A DNA stretch of 64,000 nt from NCBI GenBank assembly GCA_002633005.1, contig NMRA01000740.1, positions 107,872 to 171,871 of the forward strand. The letters run 5' to 3'. The notes under the pieces were generated by a model. It saw only the letters and a list, made by a program, of their open reading frames with translations, was not told where the DNA came from and did not search any database. This document shows positions 51,401-64,000 of this stretch, one piece after another. This stretch comes from Phoronis australis (lineage: Eukaryota > Animalia > Phoronida). Numbering within the stretch: position 1 is the first letter of the stretch; every line of letters begins with the position of its first letter. A program made the position numbers and the translations under genes.

Positions 51401-53856
51401 ACTCGCTTTTATTAGCTAATATACTCAAGAAACAAAAGTTTCATGTAAAATTCATGTTAAAATTGCTGTCCAACAATCTCCATGAAATATATCGTAATTT
51501 TTTACCCAAAAAACCAAAATGAATCACATGATTACAAACAACACCGTGTCATTTTCTGTGCATAAAATATGTAAAAATATTCAAAATATTTGATTATTGG
51601 ATATGAAATTGGTCAATTACCTCAATTAAGACAATTCTTACTGGTACACTGGTACAGTGGTAGACTGTTCTATTTCAGCCAGATGTTGTTGGCGATGATG
51701 AAGGGTATGACGACTGGATGAATATAGAACTAGATCCACAGGTATGATATTTAACAAGCAACACAGGTTAGATTAAGGACCATAGCTTTTGTTCCTTTAA
51801 GTGTTGTTTTCAATGATTTTTAATTTGTAATTTAAAGCTTTTGAGTCACTCACTTTTTTAAATTTAGTGCAAAGTCTGTGTATGACCACATGCGATCATG
51901 TCATTGTATCTCATGTCAACAAAAACATCTACGAAAGTCTTGGGGATCATCCATGGGTTCTGATTTTTCCGTTTGACACTATATTTCTCAATAAAGTATA
52001 CTGTGTCTTCCGATGATACTGATTTTCCTCTGAATATAGATTATAGTAATTGACAGTTTTTGAACATTTTAAAAGTGTAGGTTGACCTTCAACCTCCCAC
52101 CTCTTTGCATAATTTATTGGCCTTTGAAAATGTCTTGCATTATGGGCGATGCTTTAAAAGACTTGGAAGTTTTTGTGTGTTTCTGTTTTATTTAACAGTT
52201 GAGTGCTGGTTCTTCTCTAGGTAAACTGCGTGTGCATAGGATTTGACAAACACATCAGTTATCGAAAGATTCTAAAGGCTTCGTCCTACATAAGGATGAA
52301 GAGTTGTATGTTCCTGGCTACTAATGAAGATACCTCAGTGCCTCTGAGGGGGGATGTGCACATTGCTGGTGAGTGGAAACGTGAGATGAGTGTGATGTAT
52401 GAATGATTTAGGTTACGTCATGTACTATTTTTAGAGATCACGTGTTATGTTATGTAGTCACGTGATGGTTTCACCATCAGTTTGTAGTTATACGTTCACT
52501 GCTTGTATTACCACGATCACGAATAGACGTATTTTATTATCACTAGAATAATTGTTGTTCCTTCCACTCTGGCTACCCAACGATAAACATAACAATGTGT
52601 AGATGATAGATCTTAGGCTTATCAATAACGGTTGTGATCGTGCACTGCCTGAAGAGTCACATAAGGTCTCTTAGTGAACACCCATGTGAGGTTTCTGTTT
52701 ACGCAACATTTTCCCGTGAACAGAGTTACGGTAAAAATCCTTTAAAAATTGTGTTTTCAGTCTACCGAGTGGGTAATTTTCTCTCTTCCAAATTGGAGAA
52801 TTTTTACTGCTCTAGTTCACGTGACATCTTTCGATTCGATTGAAATTGTTTCAAATCTTTGCTTCTTATTGAGTTTTGTGTTGTAAGAATGTGCGCATTT
52901 ACCTTCACAGGGTCTATGTGTTGTTCTGTATGATGTATTATGTTTTTGGATTATCTAACTTACCTGTAGCTATCCTTTGTGCCAGGTTACTCCTGTCGTC
53001 TTAGCTTTGTTACAGTAGGATTCTTTCAAAAGTACTAATTTTTACTTTGTTGTTTCCAGGAGCCGGCTCCATCGTAGCACCAGTGAAGGCAGCTACAGGT
53101 GTTCAACCAACAGTCGTAGGTAAACCTCATCAGCCAGTCTTTGATGTGGTACGGAAGTTGACAGGTGCTGACCCCAGTCGTACAGTCATGGTGGGAGACA
53201 GGTAGGCCCTCTGGAGGCAGCTATTGCAACTGATGATGTGTGTTTAGCAGATGTAGGCATTGCAGTAATTGTGTTTTATCAAGGGTACTCAGTAGCTGTG
53301 CAGGTGAGTATTGAATTGTCTCCATGAACTCCTGAATCATTTGCGCATCCCACTGAATCTTGGAAAAATTCATAATGTTTGGAAATGATTTACACTTATG
53401 ATAAGTGTTTTGTGAAAATTAGTTATTAATGATTATGCAAATGTGTTAGCGGTTCTTTTGTTTGATTTTGTTCATAAACATATAGCTCTGGCTTGTTAAA
53501 AGTACATTTTTATGATTCAGCGGTTTGTGCAGGTGATTCATGACCTTCTGCTTTTGGGTCACATGTGTATTATTTAATCACTTTCTGCTTAACGGATTTT
53601 ATTATTTATGCAAAATTGTGTCAGTGGTAAGGGATATACCGTAACTTTAAATAATAAAAAATTCTGGTCTTGTAGGTTGGACACAGATATTGCTTTGGGT
53701 CATAACTGTGGCCTTCACTCAATCCTTGTCCTGACTGGCTGTCATTCCCTTCAAGATGTGGACGTCTGCTCAAAGAATGGTGGATCCATCAATGGACACT
53801 GTATACCAGAGTATTATATACCTTCATTTGGAGATTTAGGCCAGTTTATTGATTAA
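40926..53856 (+). CDS. PGP: Phosphoglycolate / glycerol-3-phosphate phosphatase (HAD subfamily IIA, PGP/PDXP-like), 305 aa
   Basis: Exons 40926-41007, 44609-44676, 48144-48236, 49304-49444, 51679-51741, 52221-52368, 53060-53201, 53676-53856 (918 nt, phases consistent). HAD motif I FLLDCDGVLW, motif II YVTNNNSK, FLATNED, GAGS, motif III VVGKP, motif IV MVGDRLDTDI, LVLTG. Confidence 0.92.
41357..41465 (+). mobile_element. tRNA-derived SINE-like repeat
   Basis: TAGCTGAATGGTTAGCAC (A-box) ... GATTCGATTCCC (B-box); homologous to 2241-2347. Confidence 0.6.
41485..41831. mobile_element. MITE with CA(T/G)GGCTCGA..TCGAGCCCTG TIRs and internal TGCGACCTG/CAGGTCGCA repeats
   Basis: TIR pair, near-TSD CTTAC/ATTAC, and many AATGCGA(C/G)CT motifs in both orientations. 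A related left end CAGGGCTCGACATTAAC lies at ~63648. Confidence 0.75.
46035..46105 (-). ncRNA. tRNA(Ala/AGC)-like sequence inside the Crypton 3' region
   Basis: Minus strand GCTGAGTGGT (A-box-like) .. GGCGA-CCAGCAA-CGCC .. GGGTTCGACTCC (B-box); imperfect cloverleaf. Confidence 0.45.
46378..47684 (-). pseudogene. Crypton tyrosine recombinase (DUF3504; ZMYM/KIAA1958/QRICH1-related) pseudogene
   Basis: Motifs KNSNTVRKT, LDAYLSCFF..KYEPDTL, LKAQGKGNK, LQWGDI, TKTR, CPAAAYKKY, PFYL, WF..QPIGVNTL. After a 1-nt frameshift in the A7 run (46718-46724) it continues NHSVRKT..LSGHRNIQNLNNY (H-x-x-R, H, catalytic Y). In-frame TAA at 46576-46578, then a Ser-rich FGNSTITGDTFNITIN tail. Confidence 0.85.
47995..48123. 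repeat. ~129-bp near-perfect palindrome (hairpin)
   Basis: ATAGATTATTACATG..TTATCCCC(C)TTATCTAGAGCCCTTGTGGGTTTTGGACAAT-A-ATTGTCCAAAATCCACAAGGGCTCTAGATAAGGGGATAA..CATGTAATAATCTAT. Confidence 0.9.
48382..48427 (+). repeat. (CA)n microsatellite
   Basis: Read directly from the sequence. Confidence 0.95.
49083..49199 (+). repeat. 17-18-bp minisatellite (GAACCGTGCTTGTTGGT) x~6-7
   Basis: Read directly; explains the repetitive ORF 48984-49223. Confidence 0.9.
49940..50680 (+). repeat. Tandem trimer of tRNA(Ala-like)-headed units plus an inverted partial unit
   Basis: GGTCCTCAGTAG(C/G/T)TCAG(T/C)GGTAAGA..CTAGA-N7-TCTAG..GGTT(C/T)(A/G)ATTCC at ~50007, ~50322 and ~50573, with shared spacers. An inverted 3' fragment lies at 49940-49987. 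Confidence 0.8.
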
Positions 53857-54067
53857 CTATTGTTGGACAGATTACTCAACTGTATAGTATTAGTAGGAGA
53901 CTAGATATTCACCAGTTGATAGGTGTGATGGAAGGCTGTGCCTAATAACTGAATAGAGTGGGAACTGACTGAATGCTATTCAACAGCTTTGATATGTTGG
54001 TGATCTAATGCTCCCTTGTGACTACCTCACTGTTTGTGTTTACAGGCTTTTTCACTACTGTTTCACT

Positions 54068-54083
54068 AGCGCCATCTAGTGAC
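54068..54083 (-). promoter_or_regulatory. CTCF-like motif (GTCACTAGATGGCGCT on -)
   Basis: Matches the CTCF core consensus; lies in the PGP 3' region. Confidence 0.45.
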
Positions 54084-55234
54084 TTTGGAACTTCGCATTT
54101 ATCGTCGTTGTCATATGTCCTGGGATTTTGGAGGACTTTGTAATACAAAGTTGGACAGTTTCATCTTGCCAATGTATGTTATCGAAATTGATTGTCTTTC
54201 TTTTTATCTATATTTAAATTGTTACAGCACTTGCTAGCACCTGTACCTAGTGTTTAATGACAACAAACTATTCACGTTTGGCTGACAGCCATATATTGCT
54301 TTTGATTGATCAAGTGACACTCGGTCTTCCAATTCATTAGGTTCAAGCAGTCTTCAGTGCACAGTTAGACAGTTCTAACCTAAATGCACACCATGAAATA
54401 TTAGGTCCCCCAATTTATAGGGGATGGGGTGTTTTATTTTTTTGNTGTTTGGTGTGCCTTTATCATACAGTTTGGTTCAGGGCTTCCAATGTAATGTGGT
54501 CCTCTCTCTTTGTACATCAGAATACTCCTGCAACCTTGTCGCGGTTGTGCGAGGATATTGACTGTATTAGACATTTCATACTCAGTAAAAAGTGAGATTA
54601 CAAATTCAGGGTTCAGACATACAGATTATTTGACTGGTCGTCTAAATCTGATCACTAGACTCAGTAAACGCTGTGATTGGATACTTAATTGTATGGCCAG
54701 AACCAGGCTTTTTAAACAGTATAGCCAGAGATCAGTCTACACCTGGGGTCTACTGTAACTCACTGCACTATTTGTGGGTCTGACAGACGTTTAGTGCTTA
54801 TATCTCATAATTACTTGTTGAAAAAAGTCTTCGCTAATCATTTTTCAGCAGAACTAAGGCAAGTAAGGGAAACCCTAAGGTGTTTCTGTGTGCTTATTCT
54901 TTTTCGTTATTTTAGAAAACAATTGGCTCTCACTGATGTGACTGTTAGTGTCATGTATGGGACAAATCATGAAAGCTGTGATAATTGTTTTGTCCAACTT
55001 TGTGGCCCACCCTGTGGGTTAATCTGTCCGCTGACTACTGACCAAAGTAGTCAGTCTGTGCTTGTTTGTGTTACTTATTCATTTCACTGGTCCACGCTAT
55101 GCAACAACACAGATAAGTAAAAAGTGCGTTTTGTTGTCAAAATTTCAAAGCCCCATGCAGCACTAGTTTTGAAAACCATCGTTTTGATGTGGAATCCTTT
55201 GTTTTTTTGTTTTTTTTATACTATGAGTTAGCAT

Positions 55235-55432
55235 CATGCGCGCACCCAGGGGAGGGCTCAAATGAGCCTCCATTTGGCGAAGTGGGCAAAAATGTCTGAC
55301 CCTGAGAGACATAAAGTTCGAGAAAATGGGACAAAAGTCCACTAAAAAAGCGCTCCGTTTTTTTTTGTTAGCAAAAGGTCCACGACGTCAAGAATTCGAG
55401 CCCCCCCATATTGAAGGCCAGGTGCGCGCATG
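55235..55432. mobile_element. MITE with perfect CATGCGCGCACC/GGTGCGCGCATG TIR and 5-bp TSD AGCAT
   Basis: TSD at 55230-55234 and 55433-55437; same family as 23913-24103. Confidence 0.88.
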
Positions 55433-56425
55433 AGCATTCCCAATTACACATGGAAGTCTTTGATTGCTCCTATGGGATGATACTTTGCCCCTAATTTAAT
55501 TTATTCCAATCTTTTAATTTTGCAAATTTGACTTGGTTTAATAAGCGTCATTAAACCATGTTTTTGACACCATTTTACATATCTCCATTATGTTCACATT
55601 TTCTTAATAATTAGCAAAGTCTGTGATAATTGATCAGCTTTATATGCTTTTTACACTTGAACAATGTCTATGGTTCTTATAATAGACAAATTAAGTGAAA
55701 CTGCCCTATAGTATAATATAATCTATTTGACTTATTTATTCACTTTAGGCAGTGTTCTGTTTTAGCACACATTTTCTTCATGGGTACTCCAGCTAGCTTT
55801 ACATGTGAACATCATTCAATTTGAGTTATGTCTAGAAGTAATGTAGGATAATTCAGTGCAGTTGTGTGTGTGTTTGTTCATAGACATAGGAAGTGGGGGA
55901 CATGGTCCTAGTGGCCTTTCTCCACTAAATCAACCTAATGTCTTTGAGGAGAGGGAATTGGGGGCAATGGATGTAGATGTATCAGAGGAGGGGACTGTGT
56001 TCACGTTACCCTTGCCCTGACCTTGACCAAGGCAAGTCTTCTTATCACCATGGTGTGTTTGAAAGTGTTTGTGTGTGTGTGTAGGTGTTCATTCTTACTG
56101 GTTAATGTGTGTGTTATCTATGATATAGTTTCACTTATCAGTGCCATTGTGCCAACAGTGAATAGTTTGCAGGTAGGACTTTAATGTATTCACCCATTAC
56201 ATTCTTTTGAGGAATTGTTTTGTTTTATAACTTTGTTTTTGTTTTGTCGTCACTTGCCTCAACAATAAATGGTTTATGTGTTTTCTGTAATTTGTAATTT
56301 GATTGTTTTGCAAATTTGTAGTGGGCAAAAATTAAAATACGAAATATCGAAACTAAACCCATGTTGTCTCAACTAGTGGAACAAACTGCCTGAACCCAAT
56401 AAGTTCTTGGTTGCGATTTTTCTAG

Positions 56426-56601
56426 GGAGTGACTATGAGTGTCTCACCCTCTTGTCTGCTGTCGTTGTATGGTATAATGTCACCCATTCGGCATCCAGTG
56501 TTGTGAATCTAAACCCCAAAGCGCCGCCACTTGACGAAGAGAAAGTGCGAGAATATGCGCTCAAGGGCTATGCACATTCTCTACTAAGTTCAGATATCGA
56601 G
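56426..56601 (+). other. Isolated exon-like segment of unknown gene
   Basis: Acceptor TTTTCTAG, open frame ..NLNPKAPPLDEEKVREYALKGYAHSLLSSDIE, donor GAG|GTCAGT. No partner exons or family recognised. Confidence 0.3.
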
Positions 56602-57029
56602 GTCAGTTGTGTATTCCGCTGCTGAGCAGACCTGTCATAAAACAAACTTATACCGGTTGCCTAGCTAAAGAAGGGGCATGTTTTCTTGCGTGTAACTTTG
56701 AAATCGGTGGGTCATTTTGAACATGTTTTTTTAATGTGTAAAGGAAAATCGTGCAAAACCATAGCTCACTGTGAATTTTTTATTTTGGACGTTTTTAGCG
56801 CTATCACAAGTATTGAAACTCTGCGTCGGAGCGCGTAGGGACTTTTATATGTTCGTCTCGGCAGAAACCAGTTACCCTGTTTTCTAAACTGAGCACAGCT
56901 TAACAATAGTTTATGAATTTTTGATGCTGAGCGAGTAATGTACATCATACGGAGTGCTTAACTTGTTCGGAAATTACCAACATCGTGCATGGAATGGTAT
57001 GAAAACCATTAATGTTAACTATGAACGTT

Positions 57030-57037
57030 TGATTGAC

Positions 57038-57070
<33 letters not shown>
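57030..57070 (+). repeat. (TGAT)n microsatellite
   Basis: Read directly from the sequence. Confidence 0.95.
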
Positions 57071-58534
57071 AAATTGAATTGAAGTCATTTTTAGGCAAGT
57101 AAATGGGTATATTTGTGGACATATTTACACATACATATAAAAGAAATAATGTATAGACAGAGATAAACATACATCTCAAGTACCACGTGACATGTAAACG
57201 GACTGGTTACACTGCAAGTGAATAAATAAATACTCAAAATGAAAGCACAAAATAAATAAATTAAGTCATAAAACATTTTAATTAATTGAGCTATGAAGAG
57301 CACTCGCTAGTTTGTTAATCAAATAATTACAAACGAAGACGGGCCGGTAAAAGTGGCCAATTTCAAAGTAAATAACATAAGGACGCCTTATTTCCTGACT
57401 TGATGTTTTGAGACCCGTGTTTTTAATATCGTAAAAATGGCCATTAAACGTCACTGAATACATTGAACCTATCCAAAACAAGGCGTCGTCTTCTCTCTAA
57501 GGACACTGACCGACAAAGGAACTCTAAAGATAGATAGGCGTAACTCACGCTGTTTACTTCGATTCAGGACCGAAGTTAAGCGTTCATATTGACAGTAACT
57601 CCCAAAAACATCGAGGTGTCGATGTTAGTATGAAAGGCACTATAGATATGTGTATGAAGTTCAGTAGCTTTAAATTAAAGGAAAAAGAATATTTTTGTGG
57701 TCAAAGGTCTTAGTTTTCTAATTTCCATCCCGTATAACCAGGTTGTACTTAGGGTTACTTTTAGTGAAACTTGTTCGCACAATGGAGTGTATTGGATTTA
57801 CTGTTATTATGATTGTCAACAAAAAAACGAAACTTTGACATTTAAATTGATATTTTTAAGGTTGAAAACTATGATAGGCGATTCTAGCCACTATTTCTAG
57901 GATAAGCATTGTACTTCCCAAAATCAGGTCTGTGACCACAGCCGATAAACTTTTAGTTACCTGTTACGTTTTATTTTATGCTCTTGTCTCTACGGATATT
58001 CTTGGATTTTGTATGTTAAGTGATTTGTTATTCTTGATGTCATTGCTTTAATTTTAGTTTAAAAAGTCTGTGCTGATGAAACGCACACGTTTGTTGTAGT
58101 CCTTCCTGGCTGGGTAATCACATTTTTTTTGGTTATGTTTCATGATTTGGTAGTGATTTCTCTGTTTGTACATTCCATTTTGACCTCTCAGTTATCGCAT
58201 ATTGTCAGAGATTGAGAAGGATGTAAATATGAATATATTATTAGCCTCATTTAGTTTTAACTGCACTGTGTGCATGACACTTGATGAACTGATTTTTGAA
58301 ACGTTTCTGGTTTTTTATGATTTTGATATTTCAGTTATGTTCACTTATTTTAAGGAACTAGTGTATTTTAGGATGTGCATTTTATTTTCTGCAATTATTC
58401 ACTGTTAATGTAATGTTAATAGAAGTCTAGTTTGTTAAATCTTGTATGAGAATCATTAAATTTGTTACTTTACTCCACTCTTGTTTTAGTGAAAATCGAA
58501 TTTTTTTAATAATCCTATTGAAACTTATTGCTTT

Positions 58535-58750
58535 AGGAAAACTTCAGTTTTCAAGTTAGTTCCTTGAAAAAAATTAAGTTTTGATGACTTATGCTTGTTA
58601 CTAAAAACTTGTTCCAAAACGTAAGTTTTTCAAAAACTTAAGTTTCCACTAACTTAAGTATTTTGGAACAAGTTTTTGGAACGAACTTAAGTTTTTAAAA
58701 CTTAAGTTTTCAGAACTTAAGTTTGTGGAAACTTAAGTTCTGAAAACTTT
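58535..58750. repeat. Cluster of palindromic AACTTAAGTT motifs (probable MITE interior)
   Basis: More than six AAACTTAAGTTT-like units flanked by TTCC/GGAA in both orientations. Confidence 0.7.
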
Positions 58751-61700
58751 ACAATTATACCGACAGTAATGTTGTGCCCAAGACTTGCGTTTCAGAAAAG
58801 AAGAGCGGCTGTTTAATGATTACCATTTTAAGTAATGAAGTTCGACATCGGACACATTTTAAAATGCGCGTTTGCACTTTACCCTATACCGTGCCACTGT
58901 TGGGGCCACGAACCTTATGTACGCACAACCCCAGCCCACTTTTAAACCCAACTAGAATCTTCCCCCGCAATCCCTACGTTTCGCCACCACTTAGCCGACT
59001 TTGTTAGCTTCGCTGCATGTTGATTCGAGTTACGGACATTTAAGTTTACTGGTCTTCTCAATTTTTAGTGCACCCACGGTGCATATGAAGCACTCCCTTT
59101 AGATTCCTCCGTTCGAGGACGATTTCTATCCAGCAACCGCTTAATGGTAGTCCAACGCAAACAATTAAGAAACAGAATGATATTGCTTATAAGATGTTTA
59201 TGTATGCACTTCACAAATCAAATACATGTACGCAGTCTGCTGGAAAGACGCTGTAATCCAACAGATGTCTCCCTGATCAGTCACAGCAGAGTCAGCACTG
59301 TTGACAAGACAGTAACACTCAATGGTATTGTCCGATTTTACAGTCACTTAACCAAAACGACAGTTCCGAATACACACCCTATCATAGATCGTAACAATAG
59401 GCAAAATTAAACGTAACACCAACCAACAGCAACTGACCAGCCATTCATCATTCAGTCAATCTTCAACTATTATGATCGACCACAACCGGTGACAGGTTAG
59501 CACAACGATTATGTTTTAGAAACACTTGCAATGAAAGTTGAAGCTTCACCAAGTCAGACATTTGTCCATAATTTGACCTCTGTATAAAATACAATATATC
59601 ACATTATCAGAAACAGGGACCAGGATAGAGGACTTAAACTATTACGTAATCATAGAATGTTATATCCCTCTGCTGGTGAAAAAATAAACTACGCATACAA
59701 CAACATACCGACAGATGTATACTGAATGCTGGACAGGAACAATATTTTAAGAAAAAAGCTTACTGAGTCTATATCACACCGACTTTTCAAATAACGCAAT
59801 AGTAATACTTTAATAAAAGAATGAAAATCAGAAGTCCAAAATGTAATAACAAAATCTATATCAGAGAAACTCCAACAGCAAAAAAAGCTTCTTCAAGTCC
59901 AGAATTAGTTGAAATCACCTACGGTGAGGGAAATTTTGATACTGTTGTCAAACATTTGAAATGTGCTACAGCTTAATAAATGAATAGCAACATACCATAT
60001 AACATTGCCATTTCCTTATACAGACAAATTGATGACATGCATCAAACAATAAACGCTGAGCACTAGTAAGTTTTCAGTTGTTTATACCAACTAAATACTA
60101 AGATTATAGTCCACATTTGTAAAACTTTTCCAATTCTGGCATACTACACTTACCTATAAATCTTAAGTTACATGGCAGCACTTTAACTAGTTTTGGAAAT
60201 AGCATTAACAGCTCAACAGTGCTCGAAAATGAAGTCAACTAATCGCAGAGGTTTTAGGACATAGATTATGTAACACAAACAGGTCACTCCTGTCAAAACG
60301 TGCAATATTTCAAAGTAAACATAATATCAATGTAACTGCAATGGTCAACAGTATCATCAAATCTTAAGTATAGGACAAGTGAAAAACACGAGACCATGTG
60401 CAAGCATCAACAATGCTAAAATAACTTCGTCAAAACCTACACTTCACCCTGCTAAAGAACGGAAAATGAATTGGATCTCGTAACATCCCTTACCACAACA
60501 GAAATCCATTTCTGTTACCCAACAGGCAAAAATGTGCACATGTGCTATTTTTCATATGAACTCTGAAGTGTTGTCAACAGTGACTCAAGAAAATGCAAGA
60601 GTTTCTTACGGTTGGCAAACCCAAAAATTGCAAATTCAAAAAATGGGGCTCGTTCACATTGCCAGGGCTCGAGTTGATAATGAAATGGTATACTATCATA
60701 GTGAGGAATATTACGAGGCCAATTTCATGGGAGTAAAAGGCTCGGTTCAGTTTTCGTTTTTAAGTCAGCGAAATGGCACTATGACAAGAAACATCCACTG
60801 CTGATCCATGTCAGTTTGTAACAAGTTGAATGCCTAAATGGACACCCTATCTAAAACTGTGGGCACACAAGTGTCTTGACACACAGAATACTGATACCAT
60901 ATCACTGTGATTGACATTATCCACCTCCCCCCTTAGACAAAAGAGTGTCAAGTAAGAAGTATATGAGCTGAAATGCTTTTCAAATGTATGTAATACCAAC
61001 AAAACGTGGCTCACAAGTACAATTGTGACGAATACTCTTGCTTCACTGTCACTGTTTGTGTTTAGACTTGTAGCAGACACCAAATAACATGATCACGTAC
61101 AACTTGCACAAATGGACGACATCATCTTGTCAAGTTATGTTTACATACACTCAGATCCAAAAATCTAGCTCCATGTCAATTTACATCATATCGAAGTTGT
61201 TTTCTTAACATGAAATAAATCAAGCCAAGATAACATCAATTTGAAATGACTTCAAAGTAGAACTGGTGCATGTCTGCAACAATCACCAGAAGAGCATTCT
61301 ATAGAGTATGCTTCTTGCAAGAAAAGCAAGATCTCGCGAAATGTGGATGAAAGGAAAGCGTTTAAGAGTGTTTTTACTAACCTATCCTCGCAAAATAACA
61401 CCCACTGAAGTTATTGGCTTGTGAATTTGAAGTATTGAATTTCTATTCAGTAAATGAAGGATTTTTCACCGTAATTCCAGGGTGATGTCTTGTGGTCTAC
61501 AGAAATCAGTGCAGATTTTGGAAACTCACACTTTGCAGTACATCAAAGATCTTGTTTTAATTGAAGTCATCCACCAACATGTATTCACGTTAAAGACACG
61601 GTAGCGGCTCGGTAACAGCATCATCATACACCAATCAAATTACAGAGGGCTTCATGTTTATTTAAATTAAGTTGGTACAACGACCAATAGAATTTTGTAC

Positions 61701-63019
61701 TTTATTATTTGAGTCATGACCGACATTTTGTCTGATGTGTTCACAGTCCGCTCATTACATTGCCCATGATTGAAGCTCTTTTAAATCTTTATCTTCTTCC
61801 ACAGCTAGAAAATGAAAGGCAAAATTTTGTTTATTAAAACCATAAAGCGAACAAAATAGTTCCATAAAATCTGACAACTTTTATGGTTGATCATTTCTGA
61901 AAATATAAGAAAATAGAATTCCATCTGTCCATTATATTGTGTCCTCATTGTCAACCAAATAGAAGCATGTGTGCCAAATGTAACGAAAATCTGTCCAAGA
62001 ACTCCAGCGACACAAGCACATCTCTGTTTCTTTTCCAGTGCTAGAATCCATTTCAATTTTGACTAAATTGTTACAACAGCACACTACGAGTTGCTCCACA
62101 CAACTTGAAATCACAACAATTAACTGCGAAAGTCCTTTCATCAACAAAGCGTCAAACCGCGACAAAAACGTTATTTCAACCTAACTGTCAGAGCTCAGTC
62201 AAAGATTGTCTAGTCTATTTTGAAAACTGAGGGGCAGGGAAAGTTTAAGATTCAGTCCATAGTAATATTATAGACTAGAGATTAAATAATCACAGAGTTT
62301 CAACTTCTTCTCACTGGTGAGCAAATCACACAGTAACTTCAATTAACCAATAAGAAAGAGCAAGCTTAACATGCTATTTGCATTACACACCAGTACTTAG
62401 GTAATTCCCTAACAGTTGGCAGCTCCGCAAAAGACATAGAATTAGACAGTCGAACCCCGTTCCTAACCCGCTCAGAACATTTTATTACGCAATTCCCATT
62501 TTCTCTAATGCAAAATATCCCTTCCAAACTTTTATCAAACACAGATACAACATTCGCAAGTTTATAACGTGGATAACTTCACCACCTTTACAGGTAACCC
62601 GCACATGCGAGTGTAAGAATTGATCACCTGCCGACACCTCAATTTCATACGTGTGCACTGTCATGTATGTAGTTGGACAGCCCTACATACAAAAATTGGC
62701 AAGTGAACAAAAGAAAAATTGTCTATTTGTATTATATGGTTTTTATTTTCTCTAAAGCAGTTACGTTAACAGCGATCTTCGACAGGTTCTGCAGAGCTCA
62801 TTGTCAGAAAATTTGACTACTTCAATTGAATGCGCCAATAGGTACATGTAATATGGTTGAAATTCTTTAAAGCTTGTAATGACCAATGACAAAGAAGAGG
62901 AAAATTTTCCAGGTGACATATCATTTTACAAATACAAGTAAATAGGCTGATGTGATAGAATTATTTCTTGTAGAAAAATTTAACACCAAGAAACATTTTG
63001 TGCAAGAATAAAGTTAAAA

Positions 63020-63308
63020 TACTGATAAAAAGAGACAAAAAGAAGACACTTGGAATCAAGTAGGAGGAAATCAAAACCAAAAAAGAGGATATCCTGTTAA
63101 AACAGGAAAATTATGAGCCCTGGTTATATTACCTGGTTGTGATTGGTCAAAGCTTGAGTGAAATATTTTTGTGTAAGTAGTAAAATTAATCTGCAAGAAA
63201 CTTTTTTGCATGAAAAGCGAAGAAAAACAGGAAACTGGAAATCAAACTAAGAGGAAATTGAAACCAAAAAAAGAGGAAATCCTCAAAGGGGAAAATTAGG
63301 AGCCCTGA
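63020..63308 (-). repeat. Two tandem fragments of a CAGGGCT-ended MITE
   Basis: GAGGAAA..AAACCAAAAAAGAGGA..GAAAATTA(T/G)GAGCCCTG occurs twice; resembles the reverse of the 4225/5322 family 5' part. Confidence 0.55.
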
Positions 63309-64000
63309 TTTTTTACCTGCTCGTGATCGGCCAGAGCTAAGTGAATGCAGCGTAAATGTATTGAGTGTCTATAAGGAGAGCAGTGGTGAAACAAACTGCA
63401 TTGCTTTATTTATTGGTTAGCTAAACTGTCAGAATGTTGATTATGTAATTTTAATTAAAATACAGTAACTTCCACTGAAGTTGCCTAGTAGATTTTGGTG
63501 TATGGAGTCAAACTTGCTAAGATGTACTTAAAACATCTACTTTTAGATGATGTTTACCTCTTTTGTTCTGGGATCAGTGCAATGAAAGGATTCTGGAAAT
63601 TTCTGATATCTGATTGAAACAGCCAATGAGGTGATTAGATAACATCAACAGGGCTCGACATTAACTTTTATTTTTTAACTTGAGATGAAATTTACCTGTC
63701 CTGACCTATAACACACTTGTTCAAAGGTAATTAAGCTCGAAAATATACTTTTCAAACATATATGAATGTCGCACATTATACCTGTTAGCACAACCTCAAT
63801 ACTGAAACATGTGTAAGAGCATATATTACATATTTAAATTTTGCACAAGTTTATTAAAGTGGGTATTTGTATTTGGATTTCACCATTGAACATGCTACCA
63901 GTTTACCCTGGCTTTTCAATTCTCTTATATGCTTTTCATAAGCTGCTCAGTGAGCCGTCGACTGTTTGTGACTTTTCAAAAATTCTATCCTGAACACATC

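Overview
AT-rich, intron-rich animal genomic DNA. It looks like a non-vertebrate marine animal, but this is inference and the species cannot be fixed from the sequence. All exon models were spliced and phase-checked by hand. Four spliced genes can be rebuilt. (1) The 5' end of a secreted papain-family (C1A) protein on the - strand whose catalytic Cys position reads Ser. (2) A head-to-head KIAA0930/DUF2045 homologue on + (10 coding exons, ~416 aa); one exon is duplicated across a single-N junction, probably an assembly artefact. (3) An ~570-aa bHLH + HMG-like-domain gene on - that matches both conserved blocks of the meiotic gatekeeper STRA8. (4) A head-to-head HAD-IIA phosphoglycolate/glycerol-3-phosphate phosphatase (PGP, 8 exons, 305 aa) on +. 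PGP intron 2 holds a decayed Crypton-type tyrosine-recombinase transposon with tRNA-like sequences and a ~129-bp palindrome at its end. The window also has MITEs with 5-bp TSDs, tRNA-derived repeats (including a tandem trimer), micro/minisatellites, two convergent CTCF-like motifs and a 245-nt N gap. The most notable item is the STRA8-like gene in an apparently invertebrate genome.
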